Assembly: GCF_006345805.1 (NCBI RefSeq)
Contig: NW_021833749.1
Location: forward strand, 1-64,000
Length of the DNA stretch: 64,000 nucleotides
Reading direction: 5' to 3'
Origin: Octopus sinensis
Taxonomy: Eukaryota
The notes beneath the pieces were generated by a model. That model made no database searches and had not been told where the DNA came from. It saw only the letters and a list, made by a program, of their open reading frames with translations. The position numbers and the translations under genes were made by a program. Positions 24,568 through 36,439 of the stretch are shown piece after piece. Numbering within the stretch: the first letter of the stretch is position 1; every line of letters starts with the position of its first letter.

Positions 24568-24900
24568 AAGGCGCATGGCTCAGTGGTTAGAGCGTCGAGC
24601 TTACGATCGTGAGGTTGTGAGCTCGAATCCCGGACCGGGCTGCGTGTTGTGTTCTTGAGCAAAGCACTTTATTTCATGTTGCTCCAGTTCACTCAGCTGT
24701 AGAAATGAGTTGCGACGTCACTGGTGCCAAGCTGTATCGACCTTTGTCTTTTCCTTGGATAACACTGGTGGCGTGGAGAGGGGAGGCTGGTATGCATGGG
24801 CGACTGCTGGTCTTCCATAAACAACCTTGCCCGGACTTGTGTCGCGGAGGGTAACTTTCTAGGTGCAATCCATGGTCATTCATGACCGAAGGGGGTCTTT
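24568..24900 (+). mobile_element. SINE family G
   Basis: GGCGCATGGCTCAGTGGTTAG A box, GAGCTCGAATCCC B box, F-like middle, distinct tail ending TCATGACCGAAGGGGGTCTTT. Confidence 0.85.
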
Positions 24901-24948
<48 letters not shown>

Positions 24949-25824
24949 AAATTAATAAATAAATAAAACATATGCATATATACATACATATATGTACGTA
25001 TCTACCTCTACATGTATATATACATGCATATATGGGTACAGGACACCAAAAAAACGTCGAACACAATGAGAAACGAAAACATAAACACAAAATCAAGGAA
25101 ATGGACATTTTTTCTTAAACAACGAAAAAATAGAGTACAGGACATACAAAATATATATAAAGGGAGTTAAACGCAAGATGACCTCGACAAGATGATGTCC
25201 TTGACAAGATATCGTCGACAAGATGTCCTTGACAAGATATCGTCGACAAGATTAACGTCTTTCTTATGCTAATTCTTTGAATAGTTTGTGAGGTGGTAAG
25301 TTATAATGCAGCTGATAAATTTGGTTTTAATTTAAGCATGAGGCCAGAAATTTTGGCGGACGAGGAATGATGGATTACATCAAACCCAGTCCTCCACCGT
25401 TTCTTTATTTTATCAACCCTGAAAGGCACAGATAACCTCGGCAATATTTGAACTCAGAGCCTAAATAAATGTTACTCTCATGCTTTAACGATTCTGCCAG
25501 GTTCTGGTAAATCCCGAATACAAGATTCGGAACTGTAAACCAAATAAAACTCGATATTCTCCGTCCAAGAATTCCTTGTCGCAGATTACAACAAGCCTTA
25601 AACTTATTTGTGGAAAGAACTGACCCCTTTTCATCGCTGTGGAATTAATTCTTGCCACCTGCTGCTTCCTACAGGAATAAAATAGTTCTTTGACGAGAAC
25701 CACCCGTTGCTTCACAATATTTTACGAGCATGATGTATTATGACGAAAGAAACCTCTAACGAGCTAAATTGGAATCCGATAGCCTATGCAGGAGCTCTCT
25801 CAACACGAGTCGCTACACCTACAT

Positions 25825-25825
<1 letters not shown>

Positions 25826-25871
<46 letters not shown>

Positions 25872-25905
25872 GATGAGGGTGATGATGATGATGATGATGA
25901 TGATG

Positions 25906-25963
<58 letters not shown>

Positions 25964-25987
25964 TAATAATAATAATAATGATGAGGG

Positions 25988-26053
<66 letters not shown>

Positions 26054-26059
26054 TGAGAG

Positions 26060-26093
<34 letters not shown>

Positions 26094-26097
26094 AATG

Positions 26098-26140
<43 letters not shown>

Positions 26141-26305
26141 TGATGATGAGGGTGATGATGATGATGATGGTGGTGTGGTGGTGGTGGTGGTGGTGATGGT
26201 GGTGGTGGTGGTGGTGGTGGTGGTGATGGTGATGGTGGCGGTGGTGATGGTGGTGGTGGCGGTGGTGGTGGTGGTGGTGGTGGTGGTGGTGATGGTGATG
26301 ATGAT
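25826..26305. repeat. Compound (TAA)n/(GAT)n/(GGT)n array with four higher-order units
   Basis: Marker GATGAG(G/A)GTGATGAT recurs at ~25872, 25980, 26052, 26147. Confidence 0.95.
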
Positions 26306-26470
26306 TTCCTTTATTTGCCACCAGGGCGACGGATAAGGTGGAGAATACGACAAACATAAAATGTGGGTATTTATATACAATGAAATGATATATAAAAAAA
26401 AAGTGAAGAGAAGAAAGGACACACGTGCTATACAATAAAACATGGAAAGAAAATATATACAAAGTGTCCA

Positions 26471-26884
26471 TTGGCTGTGTGGTAAGTAGCTTGCTAACCA
26501 GCCACATGGTTCCGGGTTCAGTCCCACTGCGTGGCACCTTGGGCACGTGTCTTCTGCTATAGCCCCGGGCCGACCAATGCCTTGTGAGTGGATTTGGTTG
26601 ACGGAAACTGAAAGAAGCCCGTCGTATATATGTATATATATATGTGTGTGTGTGCGTGTATGTTTGTGTGTCTGTGTTTGTCCCCCTAGCATTGCTTGAC
26701 AACCGATGCTGGTGTGTTTATGTCCCCGTTACTTAGCGGTTCGGTAAAAGAGACCGATAGAATAAGTACTGGGCTTACAAAAGAATAAGTCCCGGGTTCG
26801 AGTTGCTCGATTAAAGGCGGTGCTCCAGCATGGCCGCAGTCAAATGGCTGAAACAAGTAAAAGAGTAAAGAGTAAAAGAGAGTA
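26471..26884 (+). mobile_element. SINE family A, full copy
   Basis: Head TGGCTGTGTGGTAAG, GGTTCAGTCCC; (GTAAAAGA)n tail. Confidence 0.9.
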
Positions 26885-27045
26885 GCTACAAAACAAGATG
26901 AATACAATCTGATCCTTCAGACACAAGGGAGCCTCCAGGGACAATCGTAGGACCCTAGCATCCAAAATGTCCCTGAACACCAAGGGCAAGGGCCCACTCC
27001 AATTCTTGTTTTTCCAACTCACAGGTCTATACTTAGAGCGGTACC

Positions 27046-27122
27046 AGTTTATTGAGAAGTGGATGAAAGTTGCGAAAAATGGCAACCATTTTTCGCAACT
27101 TTCATCCACTTCTCAATAAACT
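27046..27122. repeat. Perfect 37-bp inverted repeat with 3-nt loop
   Basis: AGTTTATTGAGAAGTGGATGAAAGTTGCGAAAAATGG-CAA-CCATTTTTCGCAACTTTCATCCACTTCTCAATAAACT. Confidence 0.97.
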
Positions 27123-27524
27123 CATTTGAGGACAGCACCTTCCTCTCCACCCTCACTTTCCTTTTCAAGTGAATATTGAAAAAAGCAATGAGGGCTCTTA
27201 CTAAAGAGGAGTGACTCTCTCTCTCTCTCTCTCTCTCTCTCCCGATGCCTTTCAACCTCGTCCACTAGACAACCTCTTTCATCACAGCCTCCAGGCAAAG
27301 GAAAGCTGCTTTACCTGATTGAGTAAAGGAGTGCGGCTGAGCAATCAGCCCTATCGACTCGGGCGACAGATGGATCCATCCTACACGTGACAGCAGTCGT
27401 TCAGCATCGACATAACACCCCCACCGCCAAGTCAGCAGTGCCCGGACAGTGAAGAAGTGTGCAGATCGGCTTCATCGCTCTGCGTACACCTCCGACAAGC
27501 CCGTCTATATCCTACTACTACTAC

Positions 27525-27599
<75 letters not shown>

Positions 27600-27600
27600 G

Positions 27601-27706
27601 AGGAGACACCGGGGACGGAGGAGACACCGGGGACGGAGGAGACACCGGGGACGGAGGAGACACCGGGGACGGAGGAGACACCGGGGACGGAGGAGACACC
27701 GGAGAC
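27601..27706 (+). repeat. GC-rich 18-bp tandem repeat AGGAGACACCGGGGACGG x5 plus a partial unit
   Basis: Five identical units directly after (TAA)n at the 5' end of the R4/Dong element. Confidence 0.97.
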
Positions 27707-30700
27707 ATTTAAGATGTAAGAAGGAAAATACAGAGCTCCGAAATCTATCCACAAACATCGAAAACAAGGATACCCTATGGAGCCAAAGATTTACTAACAA
27801 AGAATTGGACTATATCCGAGTAAGTAATACTAATTGAAATTTATTACTATTTTCGAAACGAAATGATGTATTTTGACTCGATATTATCTCCACCTCTAAC
27901 ACAACACATGTAAACATGCGTGGAACAACACGATCATCCCCGACCTCAAACACATGTACAAAGGAACTACGAAGAAATTAAATGCCACGATACTATTCAA
28001 CCCAAGAAAACAATCGAGCGGTACGTACATTAAACCTACAACAAAAAATGTACGAAAAACTACACGTGCGAAATAATGTGACAACAGAAATAAACGGACC
28101 GGTACCCTACGAAAATGACGGCCGTCAAAATAATGGGCCGGACGTTGTACCTCATGTCCCGCAATTAAAACCCAAAAGACGTAAATGGACACGTGAGGAA
28201 TACATTCTCTCTTACACGCATACTTCACAGCAATGCTCTACCCACAAAATGAAAATACAACACACATACATATAAAATATGGAAGGAAAATAATAGAGAT
28301 ATAGACTTGGATACAGCAATGAACCCTAATAAATTAGCTAACGTACGAAGATACATTCTCAAAGCCAAAAAAATATCAGAAATAGAAATAGAACATTTAA
28401 AAGAAAAAATACACAGGAAAATGTAGATAGAAGCCACACAACATGCCCAATAATATAAACACTGAAACTGAAAACACGAAGACAAACGCAACATTCCCAA
28501 AAAACACGATGTAAACAACGAAGGGGAGCCTAATGATTATGATAATATAAAAATAAAATAATCAAAGAACTGAAAACCACAGAGCCCAAAATGGACCACA
28601 GACCATACCTCCCAAGAATAAAAATAAACGCAATAACAACACCAATTATAAACAACATAAACCTAGCCGTCACTGAACTAGCCACTGAAACAAAAAAAAC
28701 GTGATATCACTGAACTAAATGACTTGATATACGCAGCAGCCACTGCAGCCACAAAGGAAGCTGGATACTCACCCAAACCCGCCCAAACAGGAGTACCACC
28801 ACCCAAACAAACCTGTGGATAAATAACATCCAAAACAAAATTAAAAAATTAGAAAAGACCTGTCGATTCTTAATGAAATCAGCAAACAAGCAACGCTACT
28901 GAGCAACAAAAGAGAACAAAAATGCTCCGCAAATATAACATCACAGAAAAAGATTGCCGGCGGAGATAAAAGAAAAGCTTGAAGCAAGATATCCTTGCCA
29001 AAGCTCAAAGGATCCGCCGGTACGAGAAACGCCAACGCTTCTTTGAACAGAACAAAAAGTTCAACTCCGACCCCAAAAAGTTCTACCAAGAACTGGGCAA
29101 AAATAAAATAGAAGTCACTGCAGCACAACGGCAGAAGAATTGGAAGAATTCTGGAGAGAAATATGGTCGGCGAAACGAACAGACAAAAAAAAGGAGTATG
29201 AAAATAACAAACTCGGCATCTGAACAACTTTGGACCCCCATAACAACTGAAGAGGTCACCCAGGCACTGCAAAAACTAAGCAACTGGAAGGCACCTGGGC
29301 ATGACAAGATCCCCAACTTCTAGTTGAAATATCTAACAGGAATGCACAAAAAGCTGGCTGAAAACTTTAACAGCATACTAGCAGAGCCAGAGACAATGCC
29401 TGAATGGCTCACGAAGGGGAAAACATTTTAATTCCCAAATCAAATGAAACAACAAAACCAGAAAAAACTACAGACCAATAACCTGCCTCCCTACTATGTT
29501 CAAGGCATTTACTGCAGTGATATCGCAAAGGCTGAACAAGCACCTGGACGAAAACAAACTGTTCCCAGAAGAGCAGAAAGGATGCCGCAAGGGCTCATAT
29601 GGCTGTAAAGATCAACTAATGATTAATAAAGCCGTAACTGAAGACAGCCACAGAAAGAAGAAAGGCCTCAGTATGGCCTGGATTGACTACAAAAAGGCGT
29701 TTGGTAGCATCCCCCACACATGGATCCTCGAAAAACACTAGCCATTAACAAGTAGTAGCACCAACAATCATAAAATTCATAGAGCACTCTATGAATAAAT
29801 GGCAAACAGTCCTACACCTCCAAACAAAAGAGGGACTCATGAAAACCAAAGACATCCCCATTAGAAGAGGAATATTCCAGGGAGACACGCTCTCTCCACT
29901 CCTTTTCTGCTTGGCACTGTCACCTCTATCTGATATGCTAAATAGAACTGGATGCGGATATAAATGTTACGGCAAAACGATCAGCCACCTTTATATAGGA
30001 TGACCTAAAACTATACGCTGCAAATGACAAACAGCTGGAAACACTATTTATAGACAGTTCATGGTTTACCAAAGAAATAGATATGAAATTTGGATTAGAA
30101 AAATGCGCCAAAGTAAAGTAACCATGAAAAGAGGAAAACTAGTTAAGAGTAACAACATCACACTAGATAAAACCAATGAAATAAAAGAATTAGACCAAAG
30201 CCAAACTTACAAATACTTAGGAATCCATGAACTAGATAAGACACAACACACACAAATGAAAGAGAAAAAAAAAAAGAATATTATAGACGAGTTAGATCAA
30301 TACTAAAAACAGAGCTCAATGCTAAAAACAAGATAATAGGTATCAACACTTTAGTGTCCCAGTTATAAGTTACAGCTACAATATCCTTAACTGGACACGA
30401 AATGAACTGACCAAAATAGATAGGAAAACAAGAAAAATACTGACAGGATCTAGGATGCATCACCCAAAATCTGACATAGAAAGACTATATATACAACGTA
30501 TAGAATGTGGTAGAGGCCTCCTTATACAGCTGGAAAACTACTATAAAATAACCACCATAGGACTGCAAAAATACCTACTTCAGAAGGAAGGAAAACTGAT
30601 CCAGATAGCAGCAAAACACGAGCAAAACAAAAGACTGTTCTCAGTATTTAAGGAAGCTGACAAATACAAACAAGAAATCATACCACCTAATAAACACAAA

Positions 30701-31664
30701 GAAGAAGAAGAAGAAGATGAGAAGAAACAACAAAAGCTATAAAACAAATGAAATCCAAACTAAAAATAGAACAGCAACGAGCCATGATAAAACGATGGCA
30801 AGAAAAGCCCCTTCATGGTAAATACTGCACTAAACTAAACGCAAAAGAAATAGACAAAGAAAAATCCCAGCAATGGTTGAGAAGCTCAGTACTCAAAGCA
30901 GAAACAGAGGGATTTTTAATTGCAGCACAAGACCAAAGCCTCCCCACCAGAAATTACCAAAACATGTAATGAAAAGAAATATTACAAGTAACTGCAGAAT
31001 ATGTTGGGTTGGACAAGAAACAATAAATCATATTATCTCTAGCTGCCCAGTCCTGGCTAAGAAGGAATATATTCACAGACATGACAGAGTTGGAACCTAC
31101 ATACATTGGAAGCTATGCCAACATTATGGAATAACAACAGAAAAAAGATGGTATAGGCACACACCAGAAAAGGTCACAGAAAACGAGAAAGCAACCATAC
31201 TCTGGGATATGCCGATACACACAGATAGAGAAATTAAGGCCAACAGACCAGATATAGTTGTCAGAGATCATGAAGAAAAAAAATGCTTTCTAATTGATGT
31301 ATCAATACCGGCAGATGACAACGTGTCTCTAAAAGAAATGGAGAAACTCTCAAAATACAAAGACCTGGAAATAGAGGTAACTAGAATGTGGAACCTGAAA
31401 ACAGAAACAATTCCTATCATAGTAGGTGCATTAGGCATGATAAAAAATATTCAGACAAATACATAACAAAAACACCAGGACTTACAAACACATATAACAT
31501 ACAGAAAATTGCACTACTAGGCACTGCACACATCCTACGCAGAACACTTTCCATACAATAACCATCAGAGCATCACAACAAATCACAGCACATACCCAAG
31601 GCACACAGAGCTGCGCTCGGTAGTGAAGTGAAAGCACGCTATAAAAATAAAAATAAAACTACTG
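27601..31664 (+). mobile_element. Near full-length R4/Dong-clade LINE (family 2), disrupted by frameshifts
   Basis: N-terminal [88 protein letters not shown] domain; (TAA)n at 27561-27599 and 31665-31688. Confidence 0.95.
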
Positions 31665-31703
31665 AATAATAATAATAATAATAATAATGCCAACAACAAC
31701 AAC

Positions 31704-32067
31704 AACAAGAGCACTCAGAGAGCGCAAACCTCTGCAAAGGCAACACCAACATCCTCTCAACGATTAGCCGGAGATGACTTTTAAAATGAGAATATCTGAA
31801 ATAAAAACTCGAATGCTCTCACAAACGAGAATACTAAAACTGATCCCAACTGATCTCAAAAATTACGTAAAAACACAGGAAACATAATTCAGAATCCTTG
31901 TCCGGAACCGGATCGATCCCAAAATCTAATCAATTTGTGCCAGTCACAATGCCAAATATCCCTGAAAGTTTCATCCGAATCCGTCCAGCGGTTCTTGAGA
32001 TATCTTGTCCACGGTCAAACAAACACGACTGAAAACAATACCTCCACCTACGCTAAGACGGAGGTAA
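31704..32067 (+). mobile_element. Probable non-autonomous Helentron/Helitron2-type element (HINE/DINE-like)
   Basis: Starts AACAAGAGCACTCAGAGAGCGCAAACCTCTGCAAAGG; ends with hairpin ACCTCC..GGAGGT then AATAA, giving asymmetric subterminal inverted repeats. Family assignment is from recollection of such elements. Confidence 0.55.
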
Positions 32068-32070
32068 TAA

Positions 32071-32952
32071 TGTCCCGATGCAGGACCAGGCAGTGGCTCT
32101 CATGGCTTCTGATCTTAACTGATTGGAAGTGTTATCATGTACATGTTTTGTCTTGGTGCAAAAAGATGGGCTACAGCAAGTGTTCTGCTCATTACCACAA
32201 ATTTGCTTGTCAGTTGTTTGAGCTTAATCAGTTGAGCATTTCCCTTCGTGTCTGACGATATGTGCATCTCTGATCACGAGCATAAGTAGTGGGCGAGCAT
32301 CATGGCCATGTGTTGAGAGGAATTGGGGATGGGCTGAATAATTCCTCTCTGGAAACATAGGTTTTTTTTTGTCATCATCCTTAAACAACCCTCACTTAGG
32401 GACCTTTTGAACGGGATGGGCTACTCAACCTGAAGAAAGTTCTAACTAGACCCCAGATGCAAGGTCATGCGCTGTTTATCGTGATATAAGGTCACCATGT
32501 CGCGCACATATATTTCTTTACTGCCCACAAGGGGCTAAACACAGAGACGACAAACAAGGACAGACAAAGGGATTAAGTCGATTACATCGACCCCAGTGCG
32601 AAACTGGTACTTAATTTATCGACCCCGAAAGGATGAAAGGCAAAGTCGACCTCGGCGGAATTTGAACTCACAACGTAACGGCAGACGAAATATCGCTAAG
32701 CATTCCGCCCGGCGTGCTAACGTTTCTGCCAGCTCGCCGCCTTAGAAAGTTCTAACTAGACCCCACATGCAAGTCATGCGCTGTTTATCGTGATATAAGG
32801 TCGCCATGTCGCGCACATATGGTTGCACATAAGGATGCTCCATGCATGTGCTAGGAGTACCCTTATCAGACGGATAGTCATGATGGGTATATTGGTCTTC
32901 GTATATTTTTGTACCCCAGTGTCACTTTGATAGCATGCATTGCTCTCTCACC
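32071..32952 (+). mobile_element. Repeat family D copy 2, interrupted by SINE B
   Basis: Colinear with 4117-4643 with about 30 bp extra 5' sequence; (TAA)n tail. Confidence 0.8.
32512..32743 (-). mobile_element. SINE family B, full copy flanked by a 77-78 bp duplication
   Basis: 32434-32511 repeated at 32744-32820 with three differences. Confidence 0.9.
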
Positions 32953-33285
32953 AAATAATAATAATAGAGACCGCGTGAGACCTCTCACAACAAGCTGCTG
33001 TCCGCTCTCACAGAATCAACCAGAGCAAACAAGACCGAGCTGCTGTGAGAAGTAGAACAACAACAACAACGACAATTGTTCTTTTATTGGCCACAAGGAC
33101 ACAAGCCGAGTCTTTGTGGCTAATAACAATACAATGTGATTAACACAATGGGGCTAATAACAACACAATACAATGAAACGGCAAAGAGCGGAGTATTACA
33201 ATGATGTATGGGTGGGAAAAGCAAGTAAGACAACGAATCTGAAGGGATGAGTGAAAGACAGTGTACAATTATATTTAGAGACATG

Positions 33286-33344
<59 letters not shown>

Positions 33345-33598
33345 CTATACAAACAATTTTTTAAGTAGTTCTGCTTACTCTGCGTCACAGTTACGTGCTT
33401 CTACTCACGATTTTGTTCCGGCCTGGTGACTAAGGTGTACTATCGATAAATAATATTTACTGATTTCTTACTGATTAGGAAGGTTCACTTCCTAATCAGT
33501 TCAGAATTGCCTTTCTTGGTATCTGATGCTGAAAAGAGCTTATGAGTTCGAAATGTACCCATCAGCTGACTATGGTGTTTTAATACCTTTTTCTCCAG

Positions 33599-33672
33599 GA
33601 CAAACTGCAGTGAAAAGCCTTTGCAAGTTCAAATACCTTTCAAATATATTTGAATTTTTCTTACGTTTGTTT
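33599..33672 (+). CDS. Candidate 74-bp exon of an unidentified gene
   Basis: TTTTTCTCCAG acceptor, GTAAGT donor, one open frame (G)QTAVKSLCKFKYLSNIFEFFLRLF; no homology recognised. Confidence 0.2.
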
Positions 33673-34919
33673 GTAAGTAATTAAATAGGATAATTTTTAA
33701 AATTACCTAAAAAATTCAAAATAACTAAAACAAAATGAATATGTTGATTGGAGAACGCCACAGATTATGTCCCCTGTCAATAGAACCTCTTTGTTGTTTA
33801 AAATTGGTGAGCCCAGAATCATTCGTGAGGATTTTATGTGCAAGAAAATTGGGGTAATGCACCTCTTGTGGTTGTTAACCTGTAACGTAAGGTAATCATA
33901 TCCGATGCCCTTCATTAATAACCACTCTTTCTTGTCTTTTGATCAATGTGATCCTGTTTCATTTTTAGTTAGTACTGTGTTCGGCCAGAGATCGTGCGTT
34001 TTATATCGTCTCGCTTTTGGCCTTTGTTCTAATTATTAAAAAAAAAAAGCCAAGCAGGAAGTGCTTCGAAGGATTGCAAAGTTCAACTCATTCGAAAAGA
34101 AGACGAGTTGTTCCTCACAGGGATGGAGTGTCCCTTTACAGGGAAATGATTCGTACTCATAAACTCACAGATTTAAGAAATGAATTCCTCGTCACCGAAG
34201 AGAATCTCTTTTCCATAGATGTACTTTCTCACACGTTTTGTTCTTTTTAAAAAATTAGGGCCCTTTTCGGTTTTCAAAAAAGTCTGTCGATCCCGCTCGG
34301 CTTGCATCTGGGTTTCATCTTGACAAAGAGATGAAGTGGTGAGAGGGAGGAGCTTCCTTGCAGTTCGCTTCTTGCTATTGTTGTTTCTATGGGTCACTCT
34401 CAGTCTCTCGCTCGCTCTCTTTGTCTCTCTCCTTCCCCTCCCTCTCACTTCTACTTCCTTCTTACTGAGAGGGAGATCATGGATCTCTTGATTGACCCTC
34501 ACAAATGATACTTTTTCTGAGGAGTCTACGTTTTCTTTTACGTTCTTTTACGCGCTCACAGCTTTTGTAGGTCCTCCAAGACCGGTGAGATTATTGCCGT
34601 TGATGTTCCTCTTGAATTTTTTTAAAGACAACATGTATGAGAGAGAACTAAGTAGAAAGATAAAGAAGGACTAAATGTAGTAATTAGTGCGGTCTCTGGC
34701 AAGTTGGACACTACAAGATGATGAAAGAAAAAGCAACGAGTGGGTTTGGAAATGCTTGAGTAGAGGTAACACAATCCCAGCAAACTCTGAAGAGCAGAGG
34801 CCGATGTAGTCGCGGTAGAAAAGGCAAAGAGAAAAGACAGCTCCTCTATAAGGAAAACGTTATCGCATTATATTCCCTCAATTATGGACATCACTTAACT
34901 AAGGTCTTCATGATAGGTT

Positions 34920-35325
34920 CTGGCGTGGGTGTGTGGTAAGAAGCTTGCTTCTCAACCACATAGTTCTGGGTTTCAGTCCCAGTGCGTGGCACCGTGGTCA
35001 AGTGTCTCCTGCTAAAGCCTCGGTCCGACCAAGGCTTTTTGAGTGAATTTGGTAGACGGAAACCGAAAGATTGTATATGTGTGTGTGTGTGTGCGTGTGT
35101 GTCTGTGCCTGTGTTTTTCCCCTGACACCCCTTGACAACCGGTGTCGGTGTGTTTATGTTCCCGTAACTTAGCGACTCGGCAAAATGATGGATAAAATAA
35201 GAACCAGGTTTAATTTTTTTTTTAAATAAGTACTGGGGTGTATTCATTCGACTAAAAATTCTCCAAGGTGGTGCCCCAGCTTGGCTTCGGTCTAATTAGT
35301 GAAAAGAAAAAAAACAAAAGATAGC
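34920..35325 (+). mobile_element. SINE family A, full copy
   Basis: Head GTGTGGTAAGAAGCTTGC, both halves present. Confidence 0.85.
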
Positions 35326-36439
35326 AAGCTACATCTTCGTTCAGCAAATATTGTACTTTTTAATAAAGACCAATGTTTTACTCAATGGCACAATTTTATC
35401 TCACTAGATCTATACAGTCAGGTGTATTCCGGACTGTTGAGGCCAAAGTAAAGTACGTATTGCCTGGTTATACTTCACTTGGGAAGTATGACAAGAATGA
35501 AACAGCTTGACAGAGAGAGGGCGCTACTAGCGCTGAGCTGTTACTCATTTACTGCTCAGTAGACCGAAGCAATGTGAAATAAAGTGCCTTACAGAAGAAC
35601 AGAACGTACCGCCTACTCCTGGAATTGAACCCATGTTATTTTGACATTGAGCCGAACACATTAACCACTTGGCTACGCGTCTCCACATGCCTACATTTAT
35701 TGCACTGGAATTCATGTAATGCTTACGTGTTTTGCATTTTATGTCTTCTTTGGAGAAAAATGCTTCAAAGCAACATAGGCAGGAATCGAACGCATTAACA
35801 TGAAACCACGAACCAGTATTTTTCATAAATAGATACGCAGTGGGATGCATTGAATTGAGACTTACTTCCTTTCCTTTAAGAAATATATTTTTAAAAAAAA
35901 AAACACTGAAAAGAGGAAGAAGAATTAGAAAGGTGTATGGAAGGTGAAAACTTAAAGAGAATAAATGGAGAGAGAATGGAAAATTGGGGAAGTAAGAAGA
36001 TAGAGAAGGGGTGAGAAGCTAAATAAAAGAAGTTTATGAATAAAAATAAAGGAGGAGGAGGAGGATGGAATAAGAAGAAAAAGGAAAAAATAGAATTTAT
36101 AGGAATGAGGGCGGAAGGAAGGAAATTTATTAAGAAAATCAAAAATAATAATGAGCTAAAAAAATTTTTAAACATCAAAAACCAAGTGGAGAATTCATCT
36201 AAAATGGATGATGCGTATAACGGAATGGCTTCAGGCAAGGCAATTGTTGTTGATTCAGATTTTCTGATTAATTAAAAAATCATTCATATCTTTATGGAAT
36301 ATGGTTTAAAAATATTGTTTAAACAAAGAAGAATTCCATTATAGAATTAATGAAGCATCCGAGTAAATGCTGACTTCTGGTTGAATGAGAGGTGGTCTGT
36401 GTTTCGACTTTGATCTCATATTGTGTTCCATGATTAAGG

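Noticed and set aside
25740-26702. Poly-Asn/Asp, poly-His and poly-Ile ORFs
   Set aside because: Trinucleotide array artefacts.
27601-27706. CRISPR-like array
   Set aside because: Units are contiguous with no unique spacers, no cas genes, eukaryotic context; the same applies to 36440-36596.
33735-33897. YVDWRTPQIMSPV resembling the papain-family VDWR..G.VTPV motif
   Set aside because: No QG.CGSCW catalytic motif, an in-frame stop just upstream and no acceptor; likely chance.
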